Counted from the stretch's first letter, positions 22,352-33,814 are shown. The stretch: 64,000 nt of DNA from an uncultured Chloroflexia bacterium (GCA_963751345.1 CAVVUS010000014.1:1-64000), one strand, 5' to 3'. Notes: generated from the letters alone by a model not told the origin. Program-made: numbers and translations.

Positions 22352-23841
22352 CTAAGCGCCGTCAGTGTTCGCCAGGATTTCCCGCGCCTTGCGCATCTGC
22401 TCCCGCACCGCCGATGGCGCTGTGCCGCCGATTACGTCGTGGCGTGACACGGACCGGCGGAAGTCCAGCACGTCGCGAACCTCCTCACCGAAATGCGGCG
22501 AGATGGCCAGGTAGTCCTCCAGCGACAGGTCGCGGAGCCCGCTGCCAGCGCTAGCGCGCGACGGACGACCTGGCCCACGAGGCCGTGGCTCTCGCGGAAG
22601 GGGATCCCGCGACGGGTGAGGTAGTCGGCGAGGTCAGTCGCCAGCAGCTCGTCGCCGAGCGCCGCCGCCATCCGCTCGCGATTGACCGTCAGCGTGGCAA
22701 TGACGCCGGTCAACACAGGCAGCTCGATCTCCAACGTGTCGATCGCGTCGAAGAGCGGCTCCTTATCCTCCTGGAGGTCTTTGTCGTAGGCGCTGGGGAG
22801 TCCCTTGAGCGTGGTCAGCAGGCTCACGAGATGGCCCACCATCCGGCCCGTCTTGCCGCGCGCCAGCTCCAGCGGGTCGGGGTTCTTCTTCTGCGGCATG
22901 ATGCTCGAGCCGGTGCTGTAAGCGTCGTCGAGCTCGACAAAGTGGAACTCCCCCGAGGCGTAGATGATGAGGTCCTCGGCAAGACGGCTGAGGTGGGTCT
23001 GCAGCAGGGCGGCCCAGAAGAGGAACTCGGCGATGAAATCGCGGTCGGCGACGGCGTCGAGACTGTTCTGGCTGACGGCCTCGAAGCCCAGATCCGCGGC
23101 AAGCGCCTCGCGGTCGATGCCGAAGGTGTTGCCGGCGAGCGCGGCGCTGCCCAGCGGCATGACCGCGGCCCGGTGCGCCAGGTCGTCGAGCCGGGCGGCG
23201 TCGCGTTCCAGCATCCAGAAGTAGGACATCAGCCAGTGGGAGAAGAGGATCGGTTGGGCGGGCTGGAGATGGGTGTAGCCTGGCATCATCACATCGAGGT
23301 GTACCTCGGCCTGGTCGACGACGGCAGATTGGAGGTCGCGAAGGAGATCCCGAAGGCCGCCCTCGTTGCCGTAGAGACGCCCCGATGGGGCGTCTTCGGG
23401 CAAGACGTCCTCCCCCGGAAGACGGCCCACGCCCACCGTCCGAGGCGCCCCGTCTCTACGGGGAGAGATACGGTCGAGGAGGTAGAGGCGGACGTCGGTG
23501 GCGACCTGGTCGTTGCGGCTACGCCCGGTGTGGAGCTTGCCCGCGACATCGCCCTTGAGCTCGTGGAGGCGGCGCTCCACGGCGGTGTGGATGTCCTCAT
23601 CCATCGGCTGGAAGGCGAACTCGCCCCGGCTAAACTCGTCAAGGACGGTCTCGAGGCCGTCGACGATCTCGCCGGCCTCTGCCTCGGTCAGAACGCCGGC
23701 CCGAGCCAGCGCCCGGGCGTAGGCGATGCTGCCGGCGACGTCGGCAGCGTAGAGCCGCCGGTCGAAGCCGATGGAGGCGTTGTAGGCCCAGAGCAGCTCG
23801 TCGGGTTCTTTGGCGAAGCGTCCGCCCCAGAGTTTTGCCAT
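22352..23841 (-). CDS. argH: Argininosuccinate lyase (in-frame palindromic insertion; frameshifts near the 3' end)
   Basis: MAKLWGGRF, EDIH, LHTGRSRNDQVATD, PGYTHLQ, STGSSIMPQKKNPD. Confidence 0.95.
23369..23461. mobile_element. GTAG-type REP-like palindromic element inserted in frame in argH
   Basis: Terminal inverted repeats CCGTAGAGACG...CGTCTCTACGG, 93 bp; internal GACGCCCC-GAT-GGGGCGTC hairpin. Confidence 0.7.
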
Positions 23842-23862
23842 GTCGATCTCCTGTCCTATGTA

Positions 23863-23977
23863 CGTAGTACGCCGCAGAAGACGTGCCACCGGTACGTCTC
23901 TACGACGGCTGCTAGTCGCAGGGCACCAACCTTGCGAAGGTGGCCCGAGCGGACTCGGGCTTAACCTTCGCAAGGTT
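23863..23977. repeat. Cluster of palindromic elements between argG and argH
   Basis: GAAGACGTGCCACCGGTACGTCTCTACG, then AACCTTGCGAAGGT...ACCTTCGCAAGGTT (23928-23977) with inner GCCCGAG-CGGA-CTCGGGC hairpin. Confidence 0.65.
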
Positions 23978-23989
23978 TCCGGGATGAGC

Positions 23990-25252
23990 CTAATCTCGCT
24001 TGAACTGGCCGAAGTCGGGCTGGGCGTAGGTGGATTTGCCGAGGCCCTCGATGTCGAGCAGGGCCTTGACCTTGAGCGGGAGGCCGAAGAGGTGGATGAA
24101 GCCCTCGGCGTCGCTCTGGTCGTAGACGTCGTCCTCGCCAAAGGTGGCATAGTCCTCGCGATAGAGCGAGTAGGGCGACTTGCGACCGACGACGGAACAG
24201 GTGCCCTTGTAGAGCTTGAGCCGCACGGTGCCGGTGACGTTCTTCATGAGGCTGTCGACAAAGGCATCCATCGCGGTCCGCAGCGGCGTGAACCACTTGC
24301 CGTTGTAGACGATCTCCGCGTACTTCTCGGCAACGACATCCTTGTAGTGCTGGGTAAGGCCGTCGAGGCAGAGGGTCTCGAGTGCGCGGAGAGCGGTGTA
24401 GAGCATCGTGCCGCCGGGTGTCTCGTAGACGCCGCGCGACTTGATCCCGACGAGGCGGTTCTCGACGATGTCGACCCGCCCGACGCCGTGCTCGCCGCCG
24501 ATCTTATTGAGCAGGGTCAGCAACTCGACGGGGCCGTGGACTGCACCGTCGACCTTGACAGGGATCCCGGCGCTGAAGTCGATCTCGACATAGCGCGGGG
24601 TGTCCGGCGCCGCCTCAGGCGCGACCGTGAGCAGGAACATGTCCTCCTCGGGCTCCAGCCACGGGTTCTCCAGGATGCTGCCCTCGTGGCTGAGGTGCCA
24701 GATGTTGCGGTCGCGGCTGTACTTAGACTTCCCGGTCGAGGTGACGGGGACGCCGTGGGCGGTCGCGTAGGCGAGCGCATCCTCACGCGAGCGGATAGAC
24801 CACTCGCGCCATGGCGCGATCACGCTCAGACGCGGGTTGAGCGCCATGACGCCCAGCTCGAAGCGCACCTGGTCGTTACCCTTGCCCGTGGCGCCGTGCG
24901 CAATCGCGTCGGCGCCCTCCAGCTCGGCGATCTCCACCAGCCGCTTCGCGATCAGAGGCCGGGCGAAGGAGGTGCCCAGCAAGTACTGGCGCTCGTAAAT
25001 TGCGCCCGCGCGCATCGTCGGAAAGACGAAGTCATTGAGAAACTCCTGGCGCAGATCCTCGACGTAGGACTTGACCGCGCCGCTGACCTTGGCCTTCTCG
25101 GGGAGCCCGTCAAGCTCCTCCTCCTGGCCGAGATCCGCCGTGAACGTGACGACCTCGCAGCCGTAGGTCTCGATCAGCCACGGGACGATACAGGACGTAT
25201 CGAGCCCGCCCGAGTATGCCAGTACTACCTTGGTGATCTTCTTTGGTGCCAT
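23990..25252 (-). CDS. argG: Argininosuccinate synthase
   Basis: [43 protein letters not shown]. Confidence 0.97.
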   Translation of the reverse strand: MAPKKITKVVLAYSGGLDTSCIVPWLIETYGCEVVTFTADLGQEEELDGLPEKAKVSGAVKSYVEDLRQEFLNDFVFPTMRAGAIYERQYLLGTSFARPLIAKRLVEIAELEGADAIAHGATGKGNDQVRFELGVMALNPRLSVIAPWREWSIRSREDALAYATAHGVPVTSTGKSKYSRDRNIWHLSHEGSILENPWLEPEEDMFLLTVAPEAAPDTPRYVEIDFSAGIPVKVDGAVHGPVELLTLLNKIGGEHGVGRVDIVENRLVGIKSRGVYETPGGTMLYTALRALETLCLDGLTQHYKDVVAEKYAEIVYNGKWFTPLRTAMDAFVDSLMKNVTGTVRLKLYKGTCSVVGRKSPYSLYREDYATFGEDDVYDQSDAEGFIHLFGLPLKVKALLDIEGLGKSTYAQPDFGQFKRD

Positions 25253-25280
25253 TGTGTGCCTCCGTAGATGAGAATAACTA

Positions 25281-26630
25281 TTATGCAATCGGCCAGACGT
25301 CCGACGTCTGTTTGGGGAAGAGGACATCTAGCAACAACCGCGCCTCGCGGTTGCCGAAGCAATCCGGGAAGGCGTGATCCAACTCCGCAAACGAGCGGTA
25401 CCCGAAAAGAAGCTGGAGGAAGACCAGACCGGGGAACCGCGCCATCCCCTCGTCGCCGCCGACGGTGGGCTGCCAAGGCTCAATCGAGACGAGGCGCCCA
25501 CCTTCGAGAACGAGTTTGACGCCGTCGCGGTAGAAGCTCAGCGTCAGCGTCCCGCTGTGACCAACCAGCGCCGACGCAGCGAGGCGCTCCTCCAGCACCG
25601 GGGCGATCGTGCTCAGGAAATCGGGAACGTCCGGGACCCGAATGTACCACGCCCACGGCCTGCGGGTCCCGAGCAGCCAATCCGCCGCGACCGTGTAGGC
25701 GGGATGCTCGGTACCCAGCAAGAACCCGACCGTCGTGAAGGGTGTAGGATCCGGTGACGATGAGGCGTAAGGCGCCAGCTCGGCACCGACCGTCTTGAGA
25801 TAGCGGAGCACCGTTGGGGTGACTGACCACCAGGATGTACCGGGCTTGAGCTCATACCGCGATGCCAGGAAGCTGTTGCCCCAGCGTACGTTGGGATGGG
25901 CAAGGAAGCCTACCGCCTCGCCGTCGGACGTCTCAATGATCCGCCATGCCTGCGCCGCAGCGCTCTCCGGGCTATGGCCTGACAGCTCGTAGCGCCATAG
26001 TGCCGCATCCCGTACACATCTGAGCAGCCGGCGTTGCTCACCGTGCGCGTCGACATCAGCGATGAAGTCCAGGTCCTGCACCTCGGCCGGGCGGACGTGA
26101 TACCGCTCCACCTCGCCCTCCCTCAACATTGGCACGCTCGTCACCGGGCCACCGCGCCCGCCGTGAAGGTCCACCGCCATCTCGTACCCGAACTGGCGGT
26201 AGTACCAGGCGATGCCCGTAATGGCTTGCACCTTGTGGCCGCGCTCGGCGCTCCATTGGTGGAGCACCTCGAACTGCGAACGGACCAGACCACGCCGCCG
26301 GTAGTCGGGATGGGTGCCCACCAGCTCGGGGCGGCCCACACCAAACTCCATCCCGGCATAGGACCAGGTCTGGGAGATGAGGTTGGTGCTGGACACAATG
26401 GTGCCCTGCGCCGTATCCTCGACGACCAGGAAGTCGCCGACATCGAATGTCGGATGGGCGCCGGACATCAGGTCGCGGACCCACGCCCCGACGTGGACGT
26501 CGGGAGTATCCCAACCCGAATCGCTGTGGACGCGGGCATCGAAATCCGCCAGCGCGTCGGTGTCCGCGCGGGTGGCGCGGCGGAGGATCAAGCCGTCGCC
26601 CAAGTCCCTCAGATACGTTGTGTCAGCCAT
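25281..26630 (-). CDS. GNAT family N-acetyltransferase (long, Eis-like)
   Basis: [14 protein letters not shown] acetyl-CoA motif, YYRQFGYE; C-terminal LLFGYRS SCP2-like tail. Confidence 0.75.
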   Translation of the reverse strand: MADTTYLRDLGDGLILRRATRADTDALADFDARVHSDSGWDTPDVHVGAWVRDLMSGAHPTFDVGDFLVVEDTAQGTIVSSTNLISQTWSYAGMEFGVGRPELVGTHPDYRRRGLVRSQFEVLHQWSAERGHKVQAITGIAWYYRQFGYEMAVDLHGGRGGPVTSVPMLREGEVERYHVRPAEVQDLDFIADVDAHGEQRRLLRCVRDAALWRYELSGHSPESAAAQAWRIIETSDGEAVGFLAHPNVRWGNSFLASRYELKPGTSWWSVTPTVLRYLKTVGAELAPYASSSPDPTPFTTVGFLLGTEHPAYTVAADWLLGTRRPWAWYIRVPDVPDFLSTIAPVLEERLAASALVGHSGTLTLSFYRDGVKLVLEGGRLVSIEPWQPTVGGDEGMARFPGLVFLQLLFGYRSFAELDHAFPDCFGNREARLLLDVLFPKQTSDVWPIA

Positions 26631-26701
26631 CGGGTCACCTCTCATGACGTATGTTCCAGGCGGATCTGTGATCCGCTTGGAACTCGTGTCGTAGCGTGCT
26701 T

Positions 26702-27763
26702 TCACGCCCGCGCCAGCGTCTCCAGTGCGTGAGCCAGGATCACGATCGACCTCCGGAAATCGTCGATCTGGATATGCTCCCTAGGCGTATGGTCCAGCGA
26801 GGAATCGCCCGGGCCATAGGCTACCATTGGACATTCCCAGACCGGCCCGACAGTGTTCATGTCCGAGGTCCCGGTCTTGAGCTTGAACCGGGGACGCCCA
26901 CCCTCCGCGCGAATGGCCCTCAACAGAGCCCGAACGGGCGGGGTGTTCTTGTCGGATTGATAGGCCGGGTCGGAGCCGAGGAACTTGAGCTCGGCGCCGT
27001 TGCTCCACGTCTCCATGCTCGCCTGAAGGGCGTCGATGCTGAAGTCGGGCGGGAGCCGGGCCACGATGTTCATCTCGACGAAGTCGTAGAGCCCGTCGCT
27101 GTAGGTGTGCAGATCACGCAGGGCGGGGTCGAGCGTGTTGTAACGCCCGTTCTTACCCTGGTTGTAAGCGTAGGCATAGCGACGCAGCCGGTTCCAGAAA
27201 TAGACGGCGTGCTCGGCGGGGCCGGGTGCCTCGCCGGCGCTGTGACCGCCGGGCTGTACCAACTTGTACTCCATATTGAGCATCCCCTTGTAGCCCAGGG
27301 TGATGCTGTCCCAGTCGCTCGGCTCGCCGATGATGGCGCACTCCGGCGCCGCCATCGTCTGGGCGAGGTAGTGCGCCCCCCAGCCGTGAGATTCCTCCTC
27401 CACGGCGCCGATCACGGTCACCCGCGCCGGCCCCAGTCTCGGCGCCACCCGCGCCGCCGCCAGGACGAAGGTGGCCAGCGGGCCCTTGGCATCCACCGCG
27501 CCGCGCCCGTAGAGCTTGCCGTCGTCCCACCGCACGGGGATGAAGCCGGGGACGGTATCCATGTGACCGAGCAGCACGATCTCGCGGGTCGCGTCGGGAT
27601 TGCCGACCGTGCCCACGACGTTGCCGGCCTCGTCGCGATCGGCGCGGAAGCCCAGCTTTCGCATCTGGGTGACCAGGTACTCGGCGAAGATGTCCTCGCC
27701 CCCTGAGGGGCTGGGAATTGATAGCAGCTTCTCGAGAAATTCAGCTTCGTCCACTTCTTCCAC
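26702..27763 (-). CDS. lysK: [LysW]-ornithine/lysine hydrolase (M20)
   Basis: PSPSGGE, LLGHMDTVPG, GRGAVDAKG, VEEE, IIGEPS, KTGTSDMN, YGPGDSSLDHTP. Confidence 0.9.
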   Translation of the reverse strand: MEEVDEAEFLEKLLSIPSPSGGEDIFAEYLVTQMRKLGFRADRDEAGNVVGTVGNPDATREIVLLGHMDTVPGFIPVRWDDGKLYGRGAVDAKGPLATFVLAAARVAPRLGPARVTVIGAVEEESHGWGAHYLAQTMAAPECAIIGEPSDWDSITLGYKGMLNMEYKLVQPGGHSAGEAPGPAEHAVYFWNRLRRYAYAYNQGKNGRYNTLDPALRDLHTYSDGLYDFVEMNIVARLPPDFSIDALQASMETWSNGAELKFLGSDPAYQSDKNTPPVRALLRAIRAEGGRPRFKLKTGTSDMNTVGPVWECPMVAYGPGDSSLDHTPREHIQIDDFRRSIVILAHALETLARA

Positions 27764-27797
27764 CTTGTCTTCCTGCGCTGCTCCGGTTCCCCTCCCA

Positions 27798-27874
27798 AGT
27801 GCCGGGGACTGCGGACGCCGTCCGAGGCGCTTTCGCCGTCCAGGCGCTCGCCGTCCAGGCGCGTCCCCGGCACT
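27798..27874. repeat. Hairpin element carrying three CGCCGTCC(G)AGGCGC units
   Basis: AGTGCCGGGGAC (27798-27809) / GTCCCCGGCACT (27863-27874) arms with units at 27816, 27834 and 27849. Confidence 0.7.
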
Positions 27875-30800
27875 CAAGGACACGGTGCGTCCCCCAGCCG
27901 GCTGACGGTCAGCGTCTGGGCGCGCAGGTAGCGGATCGCCGCTACGGTAGCGCGGAGCGCGACCAGGGTCGTGACATAGGGCACGTGATGCTCCAGCGCC
28001 GCGGCCCGGATGCGATAGCCGGACGTGCGGGCCAGATGCCACGGCAGGGGCACGCCGCGCTGTTGCACGCTGCCTGGCGCAGCGGGACTCACGACGCCGC
28101 CCGCTGCCACCGTAGGTGGAGGGCGTGTTGACCACGAGTTGGACCTTGTCCTGGACGATGATGTCGACGCAGTCGGGTCGCCCCTCGCCCACTTTGTGCA
28201 CCTCTCGTGCCGCCACGCCCATCGCCTTGAGAACGCGTGCGGTGCCCCGCGTCGCGACGACGTCGAAGCCCAGGTCACCGAGCTGAGCGACCAGCGAGAT
28301 GCCGTCACGCTTGTCCGTGTCCGCCAGGCTCACCAGCACCGTCCCCTGCGTCGGGAGCGGGTTGCTGGCCGCAATCTGCGCCTTGGCGAAAGCCTCGGGG
28401 AAGCTCTGTCCGAAGCTCATCACCTCGCCCGTGGAACGCATCTCGGGCCCAAGCAGGACGTCGGCGCCCTGGAAGCGACCGAAGGGCAGCACGACCTCCT
28501 TGACCGAGGATTGCCCCGGCCAGGGCATAGGGGCATGGCCCATCTCGTCCAGATAGGTCGCGAAGTCCGTCGACGGCGGGACGTGTGAGGGATAGGGCCA
28601 GTACGGCGCGAGCAATTCGCTGAGGGGCCGGCCCACGAGGATCTTCGCGGCCAACTTGGCCACGGGAATCCCGATCGCCTTGCTGACGTAGGGCACGGTG
28701 CGCGAGGCGCGCGGGTTGGCCTCCAGCACGTAGAGGTCGTTACCCCGGATGGCCATCTGGATGTTGACCAGTCCCACAGCACCCAAAGCCCGTACGAGGC
28801 TGGCGACCGAGGTCTCGATCCGATCGACCATCGTGTTCGATAGACTCACCGGTGGCATCACGCACGCGGAGTCGCCCGAATGCACGCCGGCCTCCTCGAT
28901 CTGCTCCATCAGCCCGGCGATCCACACGTCCCTACCATCGGAAAGGACATCGACGTCGAGCTCCACCGCGCCCTCGAGGAAGCGGTCGATGAGCACAGGG
29001 TAGCCCGGAGAGACCCGAGCGGCCTCGACGATGTAGTGGCGCAACTCCTCGGCGTTGTTCACGATCTCCATGGCGCGTCCCCCCAGCACAAAGCTGGGCC
29101 GGAGGAGCACCGGGTAGCCCAACCGCTCCGCCACCTCCAGCGCCTCCTCAACCGTTGAGGCCAGTCCATAGGGCGGGCTGTGGAGGCCAACTTCGTCCAA
29201 CAAGGCGCCGAACTGCTCGCGATCCTCGGCCATCTCAATCGCGGCGAAATCGATCCCCAGGAGGGGAATGTGGTGATCGACCAGCGCGCGGGCAAGCTTG
29301 AGCGGCGTCTGCCCGCCAAATCCCACGACGACGCCTTTGGGCTTCTCGTGCTCGACGATGCCCAGCACGTCCTCGACGGTCAGCGGCTCGAAATAGAGAC
29401 GGTCGGCGGTGTCGTAGTCGGTGGAAACGGTCTCGGGATTGGAGTTGACCATGATGACCTCATAGCCCTCCTCCTGGAGTGCCCAGACGGCGTGGACGTT
29501 GGCATAGTCGAACTCCACGCCCTGACCGATCCGGTTGGGGCCGGAGCCCAGGATCACGACCTTCGGCCGGTCCGTCGGCTCGGCCTCATTCTCGGTTCCG
29601 CCATAGGTCGAGTAGAAGTAGGGCGTGTAGGCCTCAAACTCGGCGGCACACGTGTCGACCATCTTGTAGACGGGGCGCACGCCCAGCGCGTTACGGCGCT
29701 CGCGAACCTCGTCCTCAGAACAGTCGAAGACCTCGCTCAACTCCAAGATCGCTGAACCCCCAGGCTTTGGCCTGCGTCAGGGCCTCGCGGTCCAGGGCCT
29801 CCCAGGGCATCTCGCGCAGCGCCGACTCGAGTTGGACGAACTGCGCCAGCTCGGTCAGGAACCAGCGGTCGATATGGGTGAACGTGTGGATCTCGTCGAC
29901 CGTATAGCCGCGGCGCAGCGCAGCGTAGATGTAGGCCAGGCGCTCGGGCGTGGGGTTGGCGAGATACTCGGGGATCCGATCGAAATCGAGGTCGGGGGTC
30001 GGGTCCAACTCCAGCGAGCGGACCGCCTTGCCGAGCGCCTCCTTGAAGGTGCGCCCGATAGCCATCGCCTCACCCACGGACTTCATCTGCGTGGTCAGCC
30101 GCGGGTCGGCGCCGGGGAACTTCTCCAACTGGAACCGCGGCATCTTGACCACCACGTAGTCTAGGGTGGGCTCAAACGCCGCCGTCGTACGGCGGGTGAT
30201 GTCGTTGGCGACCTCGTCGAGACGATAACCGACGGCGAGCAGCGCCGCGACCTTGGCAATGGGATAGCCGGTGGCCTTGGAGGCCAGAGCCGACGAGCGC
30301 GAGACACGCGGATTCATCTCGATGACCACCATCCGCCCCGACTCGGGATCAATCGCGAACTGGATATTCGACCCGCCGGTATCCACGCCGATGGCGCGCA
30401 GTACCGCAATTGAGGCGTCGCGCATCCTCTGGTACTCGCGATCGGTGAGCGTCTGGGCCGGGGCGACGGTGATCGAGTCGCCGGTATGGATGCCCATCGG
30501 ATCGAGGTTCTCGATCGAGCAGACGATGATGGCGTTGTCAGCGTGGTCGCGCATCACCTCCATCTCGTACTCTTTCCAGCCGATCACGGATTCCTCGAGC
30601 AGCACGGTATGGGTGGGGCTCTCGATCAGGCCGCGGGCCACGATCTGGGTGAGCTCCTCGGCGTTGTAGGCGATGCCGCCGCCGGTCCCACCCAACGTGA
30701 AACTGGGGCGCGCGATCAGCGGGTACCCAAGCTCGTCGGCAGTGGACAGCGCCTCGGGCAGGTTGGCAATCTGGCGACTTGCCGGCACCTCGAGGCCGAT

Positions 30801-31214
30801 GTGCTGCATCGTCTCCTTGAAGAGCGCGCGGTCCTCCGCCAACTGAATGGCCCTGAAGGGCGCTCCGATGAGCTCCACGCCGTAACGCTCCAAAATCCCG
30901 GTCTCGGAGAGCGCCACCGCGAGGTTCAGCGCGGTCTGGCCCCCCAGGGTCGGCAGAAGGGCATCGGGCTGCTCCTTCCGGATGATGGCTTCGAGGAACT
31001 CGACGGTGAGGGGCTCGATATAGACGGCGTCGGAGAGCTCGGGGTCGGTCATGATGGTCGCGGAGTTGGCGTTGACCACGATCAGGCGATAGCCGGCCTC
31101 CCTCAGCGCCTTGAGTGCCTGGGTGCCGGAGTAGTCGAACTCCGCGGCCTGGCCGATGACGATCGGGCCTGATCCGATGATGAGAATGGATTCGATGTCG
31201 GTGCGCCTCGGCAT
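27874..31214 (-). CDS. carB: Carbamoyl-phosphate synthase large subunit (frameshifts ~29745 and ~28090)
   Basis: [60 protein letters not shown] domain. Confidence 0.95.
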
Positions 31215-31240
31215 AGTCTCTCCCTCTAAACGTGGTGTCC

Positions 31241-32572
31241 CTACTCGCGTTCGCCGATTCCGCCCGGCGCATTCGCCGATTCCGATCGGCGCGTAACCAG
31301 CTTGATGAATTGCTCGAAGAAGTCCTTCGCATCGTGGGGCCCCGGTGAGGCCTCAGGATGGAACTGTACGGAGAACGCGGGGTAGTCTCGAAGGCGCAGA
31401 CCCTCCACCGTGCCATCGTTGAGCGAGAGATGGGTCACCTCGACCGGGCCGAAACCCAGTGGGCTGACGCCCACCAGCGGTTCCGAAGGGAGCTGCTCGG
31501 CCATGGTCGCGTCCTGATCGGGCGCCTCAGACGGCGAAAGCGCCTCGGACGGCGGGCCGTTCGACGCGCCACACAACTCGGGGCGCGCGGGCTCAAACGC
31601 CGCGTCCAGCGGCGTCCAGGCGATGCCAAGGCTCGTGGGATCGACGGCAAAGCCGTGATTCTGCGTCGTAATCACGATCTTGCCGGTTCGCGTATCCTTG
31701 ATGGGATGGTTGGCGCCCCGGTGTCCGAAGCGCATCTTGTAGGTACGTCCGCCGACAGCCAGCCCGAGCAGTTGGTGGCCGAGGCAGATGCCTGCCAGGG
31801 GCACGCGGGCGCGGAGAAGGTCCTGGATCAGCCGGATGGTCGCGTCAAGAGGCTCCGGGTCTCCCGGGCCGTTGGTTGCCAGCACGCCGTCGGGCTTGAG
31901 AGAAAGCACGGTCTCCAGGTCGACGTCATAGGGCACCACGGTGACCTTCGCGCCTCGATCCATCAACTCGCGGACGATGCCGCCCTTGCGACCCGTGTCG
32001 ATCACGACGATGCGGGCATCGCCTAACTTCCCGTCCTGAGGGGAGGAGAGAGAGGTCACCGCGTCGGGGCTGACCTCACCGGCGAGATTGAGGCCGTTCA
32101 TCTGGGGGCGCTGGAGGACGCGGGCCAGCAGACGCTCCGCGTCGAGGTCGCCGCCATCCGTGGCAATGACACCGCGCATCGCGCCGTAGGTGCGCAGGTG
32201 GCGGGTCAGGGCGCGCGTATCGATGCCCTCAATCGCCACAATGCCGGCGTCGGCCAGATAGTCGGTGAAGGAGCGATTGGCCCGGTAGTTGAACGGCGTG
32301 CGCACCGCGCGGTGGACCACAAAGCCCGCGACCTGAATCCGGTCGGACTCGACGTCGTCCGGGTTCACACCGTAGATACCGATCTCGGGATAGGTCATCA
32401 CCACGATCTGTCCGCGATAGGACGGATCGGTCAGCACCTCCTGGTATCCGGTCATGCCGGTGTTGAAGACCAGCTCGCCGAACGACTCCCCCGCCGCCCC
32501 GACCCCGCGGCCCGAAAAGCGCGTGCCGTCCTCGAGGACGAGCAGGGCGCGGGGGGTATTGCCTTCACCCAT
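31241..32572 (-). CDS. carA: Carbamoyl-phosphate synthase small subunit, with a ~55-aa insertion
   Basis: [46 protein letters not shown]. Confidence 0.95.
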   Translation of the reverse strand: MGEGNTPRALLVLEDGTRFSGRGVGAAGESFGELVFNTGMTGYQEVLTDPSYRGQIVVMTYPEIGIYGVNPDDVESDRIQVAGFVVHRAVRTPFNYRANRSFTDYLADAGIVAIEGIDTRALTRHLRTYGAMRGVIATDGGDLDAERLLARVLQRPQMNGLNLAGEVSPDAVTSLSSPQDGKLGDARIVVIDTGRKGGIVRELMDRGAKVTVVPYDVDLETVLSLKPDGVLATNGPGDPEPLDATIRLIQDLLRARVPLAGICLGHQLLGLAVGGRTYKMRFGHRGANHPIKDTRTGKIVITTQNHGFAVDPTSLGIAWTPLDAAFEPARPELCGASNGPPSEALSPSEAPDQDATMAEQLPSEPLVGVSPLGFGPVEVTHLSLNDGTVEGLRLRDYPAFSVQFHPEASPGPHDAKDFFEQFIKLVTRRSESANAPGGIGERE

Positions 32573-32598
32573 TGGAAATCTCCTTCTAGCTCTTTGCT

Positions 32599-33780
32599 CT
32601 AGGCCGCCAAGACCACGCTGACCTTCTCAATCACCGTCTCGATGTCCGCTTCGCTGATGACCAGAGGCGGCAGGAAGCGCATCACCGTGGCGCCCGCAGG
32701 CAGGGCCAACACGCCCTGCTCGGCCAGCGCCGCGAGATAGGCACCCGACCGCTCGCGGAGTTCCACGCCGACCATCAGACCCATCCCCCGCACCTCGCGG
32801 ATCACGGAGGCGTCCAAGGCGCGGAAGCCCTCCAGCAGCCGCGCGCCCAGGTTGGCAGCGCGCTCGGGCAGGTGCTCCGCCTCCATCGCGTGGATCGTGG
32901 CCAATGCGGCGGCACAGGCCAGCGGGTTGCCGCCGAAGGTGCTGCCATGCACGTGGCCCGGGATCTCGCCGACGCGCTCGCCGATCAACGTCGCGCCCAT
33001 CGGCACCCCACCGGCCATGCTCTTGGCGATGGTCATCAGATCGGGGCGGAGGCCATAGTGCTCGCCGGCAAATAGCTTGCCCGTCCTCCCGAACCCTGTC
33101 TGTACCTCGTCGACAATGAAGAGCGCGCCGTGCTCCCGGCAGAGCGCCTGCGTACCGACGAGGAACTCCTCGCTCCCGGGATTCACGCCACCCTCGCCCT
33201 GCACGACCTCGACGATCACCGCCGCGGTCTGATCATCTACCGCCTTCGCCATACGCTCCAGCCGATCGTAGGGCACGAAGCTGACGTCGGGGACCAGGGG
33301 CTCAAAGGGATCGCGGTACTCCTTGCGCCAGGTCGTCGAGACCGCACCCATCGTGCGACCGTGAAAACCGCGCATCGTGGAGATGATCTTGGTCCGGCCC
33401 GTGCCGAGACGCGCGAACTTGAGTGCGGCCTCTACGGCCTCGGTGCCCGAGTTGCAGAGGAAAACGCGGTCGAGACCCGGCGGCGCAACGCGCACCAGTT
33501 CGGAGAGCAGCTCTGCTCGCATGTCGTTGTAGAAGCCGTTGGGCGCAAGGAAAAGCCGCTCGGCCTGCGCCTTGACGGCGGCGACCACGGCGGGATGGGC
33601 GTGGCCCATATTCGCGGCGCCGTGCCCGCCAATGCAGTCAATGTACTCGGTCCCATCGATGTCCCAGATGCGCGCGCCCTCGCCCCGAACCAACACGATG
33701 GGCTGCTTTCCATAGACGCCGCTCTCGTGCTGGTCTTCCCAGGCGATAAGTTGGTCGCGGTCGGCGTGTGTGTTGTTCAT
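32599..33780 (-). CDS. lysJ: [LysW]-semialdehyde aminotransferase (class III PLP; ArgD/LysJ)
   Basis: CNSGTEAVE, FHGRT, DEVQTGFGRTG, IAKSMAGG, HGSTFGGNP; lysW cluster context. Confidence 0.85.
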   Translation of the reverse strand: MNNTHADRDQLIAWEDQHESGVYGKQPIVLVRGEGARIWDIDGTEYIDCIGGHGAANMGHAHPAVVAAVKAQAERLFLAPNGFYNDMRAELLSELVRVAPPGLDRVFLCNSGTEAVEAALKFARLGTGRTKIISTMRGFHGRTMGAVSTTWRKEYRDPFEPLVPDVSFVPYDRLERMAKAVDDQTAAVIVEVVQGEGGVNPGSEEFLVGTQALCREHGALFIVDEVQTGFGRTGKLFAGEHYGLRPDLMTIAKSMAGGVPMGATLIGERVGEIPGHVHGSTFGGNPLACAAALATIHAMEAEHLPERAANLGARLLEGFRALDASVIREVRGMGLMVGVELRERSGAYLAALAEQGVLALPAGATVMRFLPPLVISEADIETVIEKVSVVLAA

Positions 33781-33814
33781 GTGAGCCTCCTCGCATGAGC
33801 TTGAAGCTGATCCG

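Noticed and set aside
27798-27874. Short repeats as a mini-CRISPR array
   Set aside because: Units are 14-18 bp and abut with no unique spacers
26702-29746. Apparent 1014-aa CarB-LysK fusion ORF
   Set aside because: Produced by a frameshift near 28090; the true CarB C-terminus is in another frame ending at 27874 and LysK has its own start
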